The notes beneath the pieces are model-generated. The model saw only the letters and a list, made by a program, of their open reading frames with translations. It was not told the DNA's origin and ran no database searches. DNA of 64,000 nt from Tetramitus jugosus (lineage: Eukaryota > Protista > Heterolobosea), in contig OW569348.1 of the NCBI GenBank assembly GCA_937625935.1, positions 62,001-126,000 on the forward strand. Reading direction: 5' to 3'. Shown here piece after piece: positions 36,195-48,204 of the stretch. Every line of letters starts with the position of its first letter. Position 1 is the first letter of the stretch. The position numbers were made by a program, and so were the translations under genes.

Positions 36195-38093
36195 ATGCAT
36201 TCATTGAAGAGGAAGAGTTCCTCACCTTCCATCTTGTCAGTTAATAATAACAAAAAAGAAGCGATCAGCTCAACAGGTTTACCAAGAACCCCTCCTCGTA
36301 ATTCGCGATCTACATTGAAAGGCACGAGCGAGTCACCTCTTCGACAGAGCAGATCGTTGGTCTCCAGTCCGAGTCATCGGGCAAGTGGTGCAGCAGGCAA
36401 GCATAGAGCTTCCTTTTCGAACTTGAAAGAAGTCATTTCAAGGAGCGAGGGAGTGAATGAAAACGAGGGACATATCCAAGAGGTACTTGAATCGAGGTTG
36501 TCCTCCATGATGAAGCTCAGAATGCAAATGGAACAACTAACAGATATGCAGAAAAGAGAAGAGAGCAATTACATGGATATGATGAAGGAGTTTATCAAGA
36601 AGAATTATGTTGATAGGTACATCCGTTTCATCCAACTGTGGTGATCATGTTTCACTTTCTAACCACTTGTTTTCAGGGATAAGAGAACATCGTCAGAATG
36701 GACATTAAAACAGAGAGTGGATGAACTAGAGAGGAAATTGAAAGAGGAAGTTGAGGAAAGAGTTCAGACACAGAAAATGTTCTCTACTTTTAGAGCCGAA
36801 GGCAGCTCCATCATACATCGACTAAGAGACTCACTGACGCGAATCTCCCAAAAGTATCGAGAAACAAGCGAACGACTCAATTCAACAGAGCACGAACTCG
36901 TCGAACAGAAACAAAAGAACGAGCAGCTTGGCCAATTGTATGGTGAAGCAGTCGAAACATTGAAGAGAAGTGCGAACTCCAGTGTTGCAAGCTCTGATCC
37001 ATCTGAGACAGAAAATTATCAGGATCAAATTGCATACATGAAACGATCATTGGGGAGAGCCAAGAGAGAGATTCGGAAACTAAGAGGTAATGAGAAGGGT
37101 CAAACAGATGGAGAAACAGAGGAGGACACTCATTGGGATTCAATGGAGGTTAACCGTTTAAAATCAAAGTTAAAAACAGAAAAAGAATTGAGAATGAAAA
37201 CAGAGAGAGGAGTGGAGGAGAAGTTTATGCAATTTCAATTGTTAGTGGAAGAAGAAGAAGAGGTAATAGAAGCTCTCAAAAAGAGGATTCAGGCTGTTGA
37301 ATCGGAAAATGACAAACTCAAACAACAAGTTCAAACATTACTCTCATCGAAAGAAAGAGAGGCAAGTTGTATAGCAGATGGAAATGATATTCCACAAGAG
37401 TTTGTTGATATTTATACAGAGTTGAAGAGCTTGCTCGATCCAGAAGACAATCAAAATCTTCAGGCTCCTCTTGATCAAAAAATTAATCCTTACGATAAAA
37501 TTAAGGCTCAGGACCGATTAATTAAACTCCTATTGGCCAAGTTGAAGGCAGAAGAGAAGGAGAGATTAACAACTGAGGAGCAAACTGCAAAGATGGTTGC
37601 CGAGGAAGAGAAAACAATATTCTTCCTTGAGAAAAAGATAAAGGATCTCGAAGATATTGTCACTCAGCAGAAAGAGGAGGCTGCAAAAGAAAGGTCGAAG
37701 CTGAATCGGTTGGTTGCCAGCGACAAATTAAAGTATTTTGAGTTGGTTGGGGACGAGGAGAGAATAAAGGCTCTGGATGAAGAACTTCAACGAATAACCC
37801 AAGACCTCAACGATGAGATTGCTGCCAATCCCCAGATAGATGACAGCATGGATAGAAGTGGTTGCGAGTTTAGGGTGGTCAAGAATAATGATTCAAGTTT
37901 GAGTGGATACGCCAATAATAGTCTTGATGAAAGCACCACCAACGATCTTGATGATAGTAAGTACGAAAGTGTTGATGCTGGAGGGATGACTGTTCTTGAC
38001 ACTACCAGTCCAATCGAGGAGTCCAATAGAAATAGTTTCGCAGAAAACACGGAGAATTGTGACTTACCATCGAGCTCTCAGTTTCTTTCATAA
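36195..38093 (+). CDS. Long coiled-coil protein; intron 36617-36676
   Basis: E/K/L heptad-rich; Ser/Pro-rich N-terminus; 60-nt GT-AG intron with CTAAC. Confidence 0.7.
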
Positions 38094-38157
38094 TAAAAGT
38101 CAACCTGAGTCTTCTAGTTTTGGTTGCTCACAAACACAATTCACCAGAAACCAAACA

Positions 38158-40365
38158 ATGAGTAAATTCCAGAGAGCGAAGTCGGTCAGGATTCTACCTC
38201 CTACAGTCAAGTTCACATCCAAAACACTAGAAGAAAATTGGAAAACCATTCAGTGCGGACTTGAAGCGATTTATGAAGAGAAGAACTCAGAGATCAGTTA
38301 CGAACTTCTTCATCGGAGTACTTATCATTTGGTGATAGGAAAAAAAGGAAAAGTACTCTATGATAATCTCATGGAGAGTGTTACCAAGCAGGTACAGAGG
38401 ATGGCTTTGCCTTTGTTTCATCCAGACCCTTCCTATGTGGTGGGCACTGGGGATGATTTTTCTATCTTAACTACCTACTCCAAGTTCAAAACAAGTTCAC
38501 TTCTCCTCTCTACAGTGTTGAGTTACTTAAACAACTTCTTATCAATAGTAAACCACTGTACTGTGATCGAGGGAGCTCTACACTTGTTTCGAAAGGTAGT
38601 GATCGAAGCTGAACCTGGCGTGCGAATCAAGAGATACTTCCTGAATTCCTTGAACAAAGAGGGTTTAGCCTACGATAACGCCCTAGTTCAGCAAATCTCT
38701 TCGATGTTCACAGACTTGGGTTGTTACGACGAGATGGAAGACGATATTCTGAAGGTGAAAATTCAGAACTTTAGAGAAAGGAACCAAATTCATTTGTCTC
38801 GCCAGTACTTGAGGGAAGCAGCTCGTTTCTACCAGAATGAATTACGGAGAGATTTTTCATTCTTGAGGCTATCCACGATTGACAAATTGCATGCTTTATT
38901 TCGGCAAATCGTTGTGAAAGATCGACTGATCACTGATCAAGAGACCTGTTTCTCAATTCTACTTGAGATCATAGAAGAGAAAAAGTATGATGAATTAGAA
39001 AGATTCTACCCTTTGATATTCGATGATAAAGAATCATTAAGTTGTCTCTCGTCTCGACTTGGGGAGTACATCGTGCGAAGAGGGACAGAGTATGTTCTCG
39101 ACGAACATAATTTATCTGATCCGAACACTTTTATTCGGGGATTACTGGACTTCCGGAGAACACTTCAAGCAGTTAAATCGAGCTTTGGATATGAGTCTCT
39201 CATTGACAAGGCTATTGAATCCGCATTTGAGTTAATTGCTAACGGTGTAACACAGAGTCGAATAGGAGAAATGTTATCACTCTACGTTCATGGGTATCTC
39301 CTAAAATCAAAGGACATCATGGAAGGAATGGAGGCTTTATTTGATGAGGTGATGCTCATGTTTGAGTACCTGAGAGATAAGGATGTTTTTCAAGCTTATT
39401 ACAAACACCACCTATCGAAACGATTGCTCCATTCCGGGAAATCATCTGTCTTTTTTGAAGAAGCAGAAAGAAGCTTCATTGGGAAGATGAAAAGGAGGTG
39501 TGGATATGGATTCACTTCAAACTTAGAGGGTATGCTCAATGATGTTTCGATTAGTCAGAAATTAAACTCGAAATATCAAGAAGAGCAACAACATCAGGGA
39601 GATTCGCTCTATGTCAATGTGATTACCCTCTGCCATTGGCCTACATACCACAGGCATACTGTCCAGCTGAAATCTGACATGAAATCAATGTGCGAGAGAT
39701 TCGCAACATTCTATGAAACTCTTCATTCGGGGAAGCTGATCTGGAACTATCACCTAGGAGAGGGTGTTCTCATGGCCTACTTTGATTACTCCAAGCATGA
39801 ACTTTATGTCACAACGAGTCAGATGATACTTCTTCTACTGTTTAACGTCAAAACACAGTATTCAGTTGCTGAATTATGCTCAGAAACTGGTTACAACGAG
39901 AGTGTAGTAGAATCGAATATGAAGCAGTTAGTGAAGAAGAAACTTCTCATTGACAGGTCAGATAACTTTGTCTTGAATACAAAGTTTTCATCTCCTCGTA
40001 TGAAAGTCAAAATTGCTATGCTTCGAATGTCAACACAAACTACTACCAACAAGATTACGTCAAAGGTTGTACTTGAACGAAAACCTCTAATCGAATCAGC
40101 TATTGTGAGGTATGTACACAACAACTCTATCATTTTGTCATAGTGACCTTGATTCTCATGTAGTTTTCTCTGTCAATGTGCAAGGATAATGAAATCTCGA
40201 AAAACACTGAGGCATCATGAGTTAGTCCAGGAGACTATCAAACAATTGACCCCTAGGTACACACCATCATTGCCAGAGGTTAAGAAGAGGATAGATGAGT
40301 TGATTGCCCGAGAATACATGGAGAGAGATGAGCTAGACCGTAAGGTTTATAAGTACATTGCATAA
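38158..40365 (+). CDS. Divergent cullin, CUL3-like; intron 40110-40184
   Basis: SYELLHRSTYHLV..KKG..LY resembles CUL3 helix 2; DKDVFQAYYKHHLSKRLL; CGYGFTSNLEGMLND; after splicing SAIVRIMKSRK...KKRIDELIAREYMER...YKYIA. Confidence 0.88.
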
Positions 40366-40366
40366 A

Positions 40367-42223
40367 TCAGTGAGTTGAATGAACCTTCAGTAAATGAGCT
40401 TCAGTTGTCAGGACCCATTCATTGAGAGGGTAAGGTTGCTTGTCAGTAAAAAGCAAGTATAAATATTTTAGAGTTTCTGCCAAGAAGAAACTTTGCATGC
40501 TATTGTTCTGTTCTGCAGTTTTAACGCTCTTCAAGCCGCTATATGCTGTTGGCGTCTTGCAATGCTTTTGGATCGCGGTGAAGATATGCCATCCTTGTTC
40601 TCGGTACATTTCGTCTTTTGTAACCTGATATAAAATAAATATTGATTCGATAGTCTCTGGACGAAGAAGATACTTTGGATCGAGTACCTCTAACCGATCC
40701 ACTTCGAATGAAACCGTGTCCGGACCTAGGTTTGAGGGTTGATCCTGGTACAAGTACACACATGTCTTCATCAATTCCTTTGCTAAATCCAACATATTTT
40801 CACGTGAAACAAGGTTTCTATCCTCCTTGGTCAAGTGTTTTGAATGAGCGTCAATTTCAGACTGTGCCAATTGTTGATATCCAAGTGCAAGCATTCCTGG
40901 CACAAAACAAGTCAAATGTTCAAACTTGTTATTTTTTCTATTGTTTTGGAGTTCGGCAGGAAATAGTAAGTACTTGTTTGTCTCTGGTATCTTCCACTTT
41001 GAAATCAAATGTTTCTGAATTCCAACCACACTGTCTAAATACAACCGTAAAAACTTGGGTTCCTTCTTATTGCTCAATAGATATTGCTTCAACAGATATT
41101 CATAAGTCGAGTCCGCTAGACCGCCCAGAGTAATATGGGTGTTGGAGGAGAACTCGGCTTGTGGACTCAACAGCACCGGATAGAGACCAATGAGACGATC
41201 AGGGTTCTTTGCATGTGCATCAACCACCACATTCAATGCATGATTTACCTTGTTCGCATACGTGGAATCTCCCGTCAAATGTGACAAGTGCTGAAACTCT
41301 AATTGAACACTTGCGACTTCACTCAGAATGAATCCATCACCCGTCCATCGGGCATTGGCAGCTTCTCCCGTTTTCAAATTGACTTCATGATACGGCAATT
41401 CAACAGTATTGTCGAACGCCATCAACAACCGATCTGCCAATTGCTTTGCCTTGTTCAACAGTACCTTGTTTCCACTGAGATCATATGCCGATAACAATCC
41501 ACCCAAATACCGTATCGTCGTCTCAAAGAAACTCACTTTTCGATCCATTTGATTCACATTCATGTGACGTTCAATGTGAACAACAGCCTTCTCAAAATCA
41601 GATTTTAGTCCCATCAGGTACATGGTGTCCAGGGAGTCGACCAGTGTAGCTCCCATGGCACCCCAACTGTCATTGGTTTCATTGGTAATGGGCCGTACTT
41701 CATCATGACCATATGCATACTTTTCATAACCAGTCCATGCGTGCTTGAATGCCTGTTTGACTTGATTTCTCTTTGATTCCAATGATAACGATGAGAACAA
41801 TGATGATGATAATGATGATGGTACTTGTTGTTGTTCTTCTTTTTGTGGTACTTGTTCATTGAGAGATGCAGTAGTCTTGGAAGTAGTAGTAGATGGTGAT
41901 GGTGATGCAGATACTGATGATGATGATGATGATGAACCTGAACCATACATGGAATCATACGTTCGAAACAAAAGCACATAAAACACAATGACACAACAAA
42001 GAACGAACCAGTAGAGCCATGTGCCTGTTTTTGATGTTTGTGATGATTGTTTGGATTGTGGAGATGCTAGTGATAATGGTGATGACAATTGTTGTTGAAT
42101 CTTGGTCTTGTTTCGTTGTCTTCTCGTGTAATCATCTTCGATAAAGAGAGATCGTAAGCTAAAGGGACGATTTGCACTGGAGCTGTTGTTGGAGGAGCTC
42201 GACGGATTCGTCAGTGGTAGCAT
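40367..42223 (-). CDS. Class I alpha-1,2-mannosidase (GH47), type II membrane protein
   Basis: HAWTGY..YA.GHDE, TLVDSLDTM, FETTIRYLGGLLSAY, DSTYEYLLK, LRPETIES, SFFLAETLKYLYLLF, TEAH. Confidence 0.96.
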   Translation of the reverse strand: MLPLTNPSSSSNNSSSANRPFSLRSLFIEDDYTRRQRNKTKIQQQLSSPLSLASPQSKQSSQTSKTGTWLYWFVLCCVIVFYVLLFRTYDSMYGSGSSSSSSSVSASPSPSTTTSKTTASLNEQVPQKEEQQQVPSSLSSSLFSSLSLESKRNQVKQAFKHAWTGYEKYAYGHDEVRPITNETNDSWGAMGATLVDSLDTMYLMGLKSDFEKAVVHIERHMNVNQMDRKVSFFETTIRYLGGLLSAYDLSGNKVLLNKAKQLADRLLMAFDNTVELPYHEVNLKTGEAANARWTGDGFILSEVASVQLEFQHLSHLTGDSTYANKVNHALNVVVDAHAKNPDRLIGLYPVLLSPQAEFSSNTHITLGGLADSTYEYLLKQYLLSNKKEPKFLRLYLDSVVGIQKHLISKWKIPETNKYLLFPAELQNNRKNNKFEHLTCFVPGMLALGYQQLAQSEIDAHSKHLTKEDRNLVSRENMLDLAKELMKTCVYLYQDQPSNLGPDTVSFEVDRLEVLDPKYLLRPETIESIFILYQVTKDEMYREQGWHIFTAIQKHCKTPTAYSGLKSVKTAEQNNSMQSFFLAETLKYLYLLFTDKQPYPLNEWVLTTEAHLLKVHSTH

Positions 42224-42384
42224 GCTTGTCGTTTGGTTGAGATTGTTTCACGATTGTGCAAAAAATTAACTTGGCAAAAAGCAGATCAGGAAAACGTGTT
42301 CCTGACCTCTTTGGAACCCTTCATTTTGGCGCGTTAAAATCAGGAGGAGAATTTACGGCAGAAGCTCAAAGTTCGACAAAAGAA

Positions 42385-44005
42385 ATGAGTAAAAATCAGG
42401 CACATGGTAACAATCCTTCCTGGAGTAAGCACGCCCTGGAGGGTGATGGGAACTTGACTAACTTGTTTCATTACTTGTTCAAGAAGAATAAGAATCTCGA
42501 GAGTTGCCCGGTTCGAATTCCTGATACCATAGTGTACGAGCACAATTTTCCCACTGGGTGGTTCTATTTTAGAGACAAGGAGTTGAGAAAGAAAACTGGT
42601 AGAGAGCTGGAAACAAAAACGATAATGGACGAATTCTCAAAGAATGAAGAGAAGAGTCATGGGATAGTTGCAACATTCTTGTCCATGTGTGAAGATGTAG
42701 AGACTGGTGAATTAGTCAATACTATTGAATTCTTGGATCAGGAGGGGTTGGACGAATTCTTGTTCAAGAGGAAGAAGAGAGAGAAGGGGATTTTACAAAA
42801 GTTTATCACTCCAAAGGGAATCCATAACTGTAAGTACTATCATCATTTGCTGAACTACTACTATTTAAACCGAAGATACGAACTGAGTGTGATATGTTGC
42901 AATAGTTACCATACAGGCAATCTGGTCTCCTAATGTTATTCTAACTGAGAGAAGATTGAACATTCATAAGCTGACCGACCGAAAGAATTTCAATAGTTTT
43001 GAAAGAGGAGTCACGTATGAGGGACCAAGTCATTATAGTCAAGAGAGTTTATGCTCTCCCCATTTAGAGAAGGACATTAAGAAAATTTGTGATCAAATTG
43101 CTTCTCACTTTTACAACGTAGAGCACAAACATATTACGAGAATGGTCTTGTATTTTAAAGTGGATGTTCAAAGTACACTGTGGTTGCAATGGGCCAGCTC
43201 CATACGAATCGCTTCTGGGACTGAGAAACCTCTGGAACTTTCTCCAAAATTTACCAAGCCCCACGATGATAGTGGAGAGAAGACGATGCAAGAGGTGGAA
43301 CGTTTAGACGAACAGATAGAAGCAATCTCGCAATTAATGGTTTCGAAGAGTTTTCATGGCGGTATAGAACTAGGAAATGTCAATGCATCTCAAGATGCTC
43401 AACTAACGGCTAGAGCCATGGCTAGATTGGAACAGATTGCTAAGAATCGTGAGAATAATGGATCTTCACCCCTTCCTCAGCCTCGACCAAGAAGTCAACA
43501 TGATGTAACAGAAAACCATAGAGCAACCATCGAGGAGAATGAAGAATTTGTTTCCTCTCGAGAAGAAGTGGCAGAGTTATTAGATGATCTGTTGTACCAA
43601 GCATACAGTCACTTTTTACATCAGATAGATGCCCCATTCTACTTTAAACTTCCCCTTAAACTAAAAGAAGCATTCACAGAAGATATTTTGATGAGTTTAA
43701 TGTCTCAACTCAACGCTCACAAAGATGAGGACTCGGAGGACCAGTATGCGATACCATTCGCGAAGAGTCTGAGTAAAATTCAGCATGAGTACAATCAATT
43801 TAAGGATTTAGTCTTGGATGAATTCATATATCAGTATGAACAGAGGGAATACGAAAAATCTATTGCACGAGTACCTAGTAAGGCAGGGCTAGTTGATGCC
43901 AAGAAGGAAATAAGCGGAGAAAGTGCAACTCCAGAAAAGTCTTTCCAACCAACCCCTGTTGCACAAGAAGATGACGATAAGGTCCTATTCGCAGAAGATG
44001 AATAA
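42385..44005 (+). CDS. Conserved hypothetical protein (possible ATP-grasp-like N-terminal half); intron 42830-42905
   Basis: Intron restores the frame (PKGIHN|FTIQAIWSP); IPDTIV, GILQKFI, RMVLYFKVD..LWL. Confidence 0.6.
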
Positions 44006-44440
44006 ACTTCGTGTTTCCGGTGTCACTGTTTGTTATCCGATGAATCTTGAGGAGGTCCAGTTTCAGGATTCTTTGTAAAAGATTCACATACAATCTTTTC
44101 TCCGTTCGACGATTTGATATGTTCTCTCATCGCGGTGCAAGGAACCTGAGAGCTGTTGTCGAGTGACAGGTCTCCTCTCAAAGAACAACAACAAACAACA
44201 AACGTGTAAGAGTTTTTCAAGAAGAGAACACCACAACCAAACACATCACTACTCCACATACACTCCAATCAAAGGTTTGTCGAGTGAAACCCGAGTCGGA
44301 ACAAATTTATCTGAAGAACTTACGTGCTGCTTTCTCAGCCAAGAAAAGAAGCTTTTGCGATCCGCTCCACAACAACAAACACCCTGCGAGCACACTATTT
44401 TTGACCAATACATATCTCTCTTCAAATCATCGAACACAAA

Positions 44441-47400
44441 ATGCCACTCGCTTCATCATCAGCACCTCCACCAGTGTCCATACCACCAACAGCAACAGCA
44501 ACAACCAAGATTCATTCAACACCAAGCAGCATGATCCATAATAGTATAGGAACAGATCCGCATCATCATCATCATCAAACAACAGCTGATGCGAGTCAAG
44601 ACGACGAAGATGAAGACAGTGTCATGTCATCCTGTGGATGCGGTTCTTCTCATCATCAAAGTCAAAAACCAGAGTACATGCTACCGGATCACATTACACC
44701 CTATCACTATGATCTCAGTATTTGTTGTGAACAAGTGTCTAGTACGAAAATGCAGTTGGATGAACAAGGTGAATGCACAACTTCATCATCAGAGTCATCA
44801 TCGAATGCATCAGAAGAGGAAGCCATCGAAGATGAGGATGAAGATGAAGCTGAAGAAGAAGAAGAAGAAAGCAGTAGTGTAGACAATGGTGGAAATTGTG
44901 GAATTATACAAGGTGTGGCCAACATTTATTGTCATGTGAATCGCATGACAGATCATGTCAAGTTACACGCTGTTGATCTCGAGATTTCAAAGTCAGAGTG
45001 TCATTTGATTCAAGCGGTGACTTCCTCACCACTTTCGTCTTCTCCTGCATCTGGACGGAATTTCACCTTGTCACCAATGTCATCATCATCGTCCTCGTCG
45101 TCCTCCCACCACCATCATAGTCACAATAACAATAGTCATTTATTGTCGGTGTCCTCTCCAGTGACACCGACGAGTCGATCCAGTAGAAGTTGGTTGCCCG
45201 GCAGTGGCAGTGAAGAAGATTATGATCATTTTGCATCTGGCTTATCCAATTGCATCCGTGGTCAATTGATTCAACCAATCGCAATCAAGGAGTTGACATT
45301 TGATAAGGAAAATCAGACAATGACTGTTCATTTCAATCAATGTGTGCCACATGGAAAAACACTGCTGTTGCACTTCCAGTACAAGACGTATATTCACAGT
45401 ACGAACTTTAGAGGAATCTATGCATGTAAATTTAAGAGGAGGAAGACTGATTCACAGCAGCAGCAACCACAGTCAAACAACAACAACAACAACAATGATA
45501 ATGCTAACAACAACCATCACAGTAATCACAGTGATTTTGATCATGATGTGTTGGCACAGGACGCTCAAAGCAGAGCGCAGCAACAACAGGAAGAGACAGT
45601 CAATGGATTCGTGACGCATTTCGAACCATGTGATGCCAGACGAGCATTCCCGTGCTTTGATGAACCTGCTACGAAAGCAACGTTTCAATTGCAGCTCATT
45701 GTTCCATCTCATCTCGATGCCTTGTCCAACACACCCATGCTATTTCAAGATTATGTTCAAATCAAGTGTGCCAGCAATGGAAAAAACTTGAACATGAAGA
45801 GATTTACGTTTGATAAGACTCCAGTCATGAGTTGCTATCTGATTGCGTGGTTCGTGGGTCTGTTCGATTACATTGAAGATTTTGTGGAGTTGGATAACTC
45901 ATTGTCGGCTGACATGATGGCAACTACGCCTGAATCTCCAATGTTCAGCACAGACAAGAGCAAAAAGGTGCGAAGGTTGCCAATTCGTGTCTACACACCG
46001 GTAGGCATGGCAGAACAGGGCCGATTTGCTCTCAAGGTGGCCATGGACGCCGTGAAGCTCTACTCTGAAAAGTTTAATTCACCATTCTGTATGCCAAAGC
46101 TCGATCTTGTCAGTGTCTCCATTTTGGATGCTCTGGCAATGGAGAACTTTGGTCTGCTCGTGTTTAGAGAAAAGTACTTGCTGGTGAACGAGAGGACTCC
46201 TATTCGATTGAAGCAGCGTATTGCTCGTTTGATTTGTCACGAGATTGGTCATCAATGGTTTGGTAATTTGGTGTCTATTCTGTGGTGGAAGTATCTGTGG
46301 CTCAAGGAGGGTTTCGCTCGCTTTCTAGAGTATGCTCTTGTCACAACGTTTTATCCTCATTGGAACTATTGGACTCATTTTGCCAGTGACATTTACGTTC
46401 GGGCGCTTGAGATGGATGAGGAAAGTTACACACATCCTGTGGAGTGTCTCGTCACGAATGCCTCTGAAATTCAAACAATTTTTGATTCCATCAGTTACGG
46501 CAAAGGGGCTTCCATCTTCAGAATGCTGATTCACTTTATTGGTGAAGATATCATGTGGAAGGGATTGGAACACTTCCTTCACACGCACCAATACGGTCAC
46601 GCTCAAACTGAAGACTTATGGAACTCTTTCTCTCACGTATCAAAGTTGGATATTACGGATCTGATGGACAGTTGGGTCAAGTTCTCTGGTCACCCCGTAG
46701 TTGTGGTTTCAGAGATGCAGGAGGATGGATCAGAGTCAACGAACCGCTTCCGAATTCAACAATATCTCTGCTCGAAGAATGGTACTAGTGAGATCAAGGA
46801 TACAAAAGTTGTAGATGAGAATACGGGTCACTGCGAGTACAATATACCGATTCGAATCAAGGGCAACAATGACAACCGTGTTCATTCTGTCATTATGAAG
46901 AAATCGATGGTGATACTTGAGCTGCCATTTGAAATGCAACTCGAGAAACCTAGTTCCTGGATTAAGTTTAACTATGGTCACACAGGTTTCTACAGAGTCA
47001 ATTATTCTGCACGTTTATGGAAGAAGTTGGCAGATGCCGTTCAAAGAAATGAGCTATCAGTGGATGATTCACTGGGACTCTTGCTAGATGCATTTGCTCT
47101 GATTCGTTATCCCATTGGACATGATGCACACTTGTCAATTGATACTCTGTTCTATCTGTTGATGTCGTTCAGGTCTTGCGCCGACTACCAAATATGGTTG
47201 TACATTACTCAACAGCTTCAATCATTGTTGCCACTGATGAATGAGCAGGGATATATTCAGTCCATGAAGTCATTCGTCTGTGATTTGTACAGAGATGTGA
47301 GTCAAAGATTGAAGTTGTTCGACGCAAATAACTATTCAATCGAATTCTTGGAACACAAGAAGAATCACAAGGATTCGGGTGAAGGTGTGGATGAGGAGTT

Positions 47401-48172
47401 GTCAGGTGATTATCTTCGCAGTTTAATCATCAACTTGCTGTCTGTTTGTGATCACCAATCGACAATCGCTTTGTGTTTGCATCACTTCACTCACCACATT
47501 CAGCCATTGCAGGAGCACACAGATCATAACTTATTGGTTGAATTGAAAAAGTTCAATTTTGATAATTTTATAACTTCGTTGGGTGTAGCTGTTCGACAAG
47601 GTTCAAAACCAGAGTACGAACTTGCACGCAGGCTGTTCCATGTCACCAAACCGGATTCGGAGCTACAAAAGCAATGCTTCAAAGTGTTATGGGAAACAAG
47701 AGAACGCGATCTGATCCAACAAACGATTCACTTATTATTCAACCATTCAGATATGGTTGATGAATATGTGTACAGTGTTGGTTGTCTCATGGCGCGTAAT
47801 GAAGCTGCAAGAACTGAAGTTTGGCAAGAAATTATCGATATTGCTAAACGTGAAGTAGCGAGATATCGTCAAGGCGTACAGATATCTCCATTGGCCAAAG
47901 ATCAAAATTCAATTCGAACAAGTCGTCATCCAATGTTCTATCCTATGACTGTCACTTTGCTGTCGAACCTCAAGTTTAACTGCGGCAACTTACAATTCCT
48001 GCAAGTTCAACTCATCACCGAAATTGACATTCTCAGACATTTCATTAATGAGAAGGGACTTACGGCCATGCTGCAAACAGTTCACCAGAATTGCAAGTGG
48101 GTCTACGAGAATACTGTCATTGTATCGAACTACCTTAGTTCGCTCACTCAACCCATACAGTATGCAGCATAA
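44441..48172 (+). CDS. M1 family zinc aminopeptidase (puromycin-sensitive/ERAP-like) with low-complexity insertions
   Basis: [37 protein letters not shown]...WLKEGFA, SYGKG, GFYRVNY. Confidence 0.95.
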   Translation: MPLASSSAPPPVSIPPTATATTKIHSTPSSMIHNSIGTDPHHHHHQTTADASQDDEDEDSVMSSCGCGSSHHQSQKPEYMLPDHITPYHYDLSICCEQVSSTKMQLDEQGECTTSSSESSSNASEEEAIEDEDEDEAEEEEEESSSVDNGGNCGIIQGVANIYCHVNRMTDHVKLHAVDLEISKSECHLIQAVTSSPLSSSPASGRNFTLSPMSSSSSSSSSHHHHSHNNNSHLLSVSSPVTPTSRSSRSWLPGSGSEEDYDHFASGLSNCIRGQLIQPIAIKELTFDKENQTMTVHFNQCVPHGKTLLLHFQYKTYIHSTNFRGIYACKFKRRKTDSQQQQPQSNNNNNNNDNANNNHHSNHSDFDHDVLAQDAQSRAQQQQEETVNGFVTHFEPCDARRAFPCFDEPATKATFQLQLIVPSHLDALSNTPMLFQDYVQIKCASNGKNLNMKRFTFDKTPVMSCYLIAWFVGLFDYIEDFVELDNSLSADMMATTPESPMFSTDKSKKVRRLPIRVYTPVGMAEQGRFALKVAMDAVKLYSEKFNSPFCMPKLDLVSVSILDALAMENFGLLVFREKYLLVNERTPIRLKQRIARLICHEIGHQWFGNLVSILWWKYLWLKEGFARFLEYALVTTFYPHWNYWTHFASDIYVRALEMDEESYTHPVECLVTNASEIQTIFDSISYGKGASIFRMLIHFIGEDIMWKGLEHFLHTHQYGHAQTEDLWNSFSHVSKLDITDLMDSWVKFSGHPVVVVSEMQEDGSESTNRFRIQQYLCSKNGTSEIKDTKVVDENTGHCEYNIPIRIKGNNDNRVHSVIMKKSMVILELPFEMQLEKPSSWIKFNYGHTGFYRVNYSARLWKKLADAVQRNELSVDDSLGLLLDAFALIRYPIGHDAHLSIDTLFYLLMSFRSCADYQIWLYITQQLQSLLPLMNEQGYIQSMKSFVCDLYRDVSQRLKLFDANNYSIEFLEHKKNHKDSGEGVDEELSGDYLRSLIINLLSVCDHQSTIALCLHHFTHHIQPLQEHTDHNLLVELKKFNFDNFITSLGVAVRQGSKPEYELARRLFHVTKPDSELQKQCFKVLWETRERDLIQQTIHLLFNHSDMVDEYVYSVGCLMARNEAARTEVWQEIIDIAKREVARYRQGVQISPLAKDQNSIRTSRHPMFYPMTVTLLSNLKFNCGNLQFLQVQLITEIDILRHFINEKGLTAMLQTVHQNCKWVYENTVIVSNYLSSLTQPIQYAA

Positions 48173-48204
48173 ATAAACTCCAATTAATTTGTACTTGGTT
48201 GCAT

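Noticed and set aside
37996-38157. Apparent overlap of the cullin ORF with the upstream coiled-coil gene
   Set aside because: The ORF track uses a TTG start; the first ATG is 38158, after the upstream stop and AATAAA
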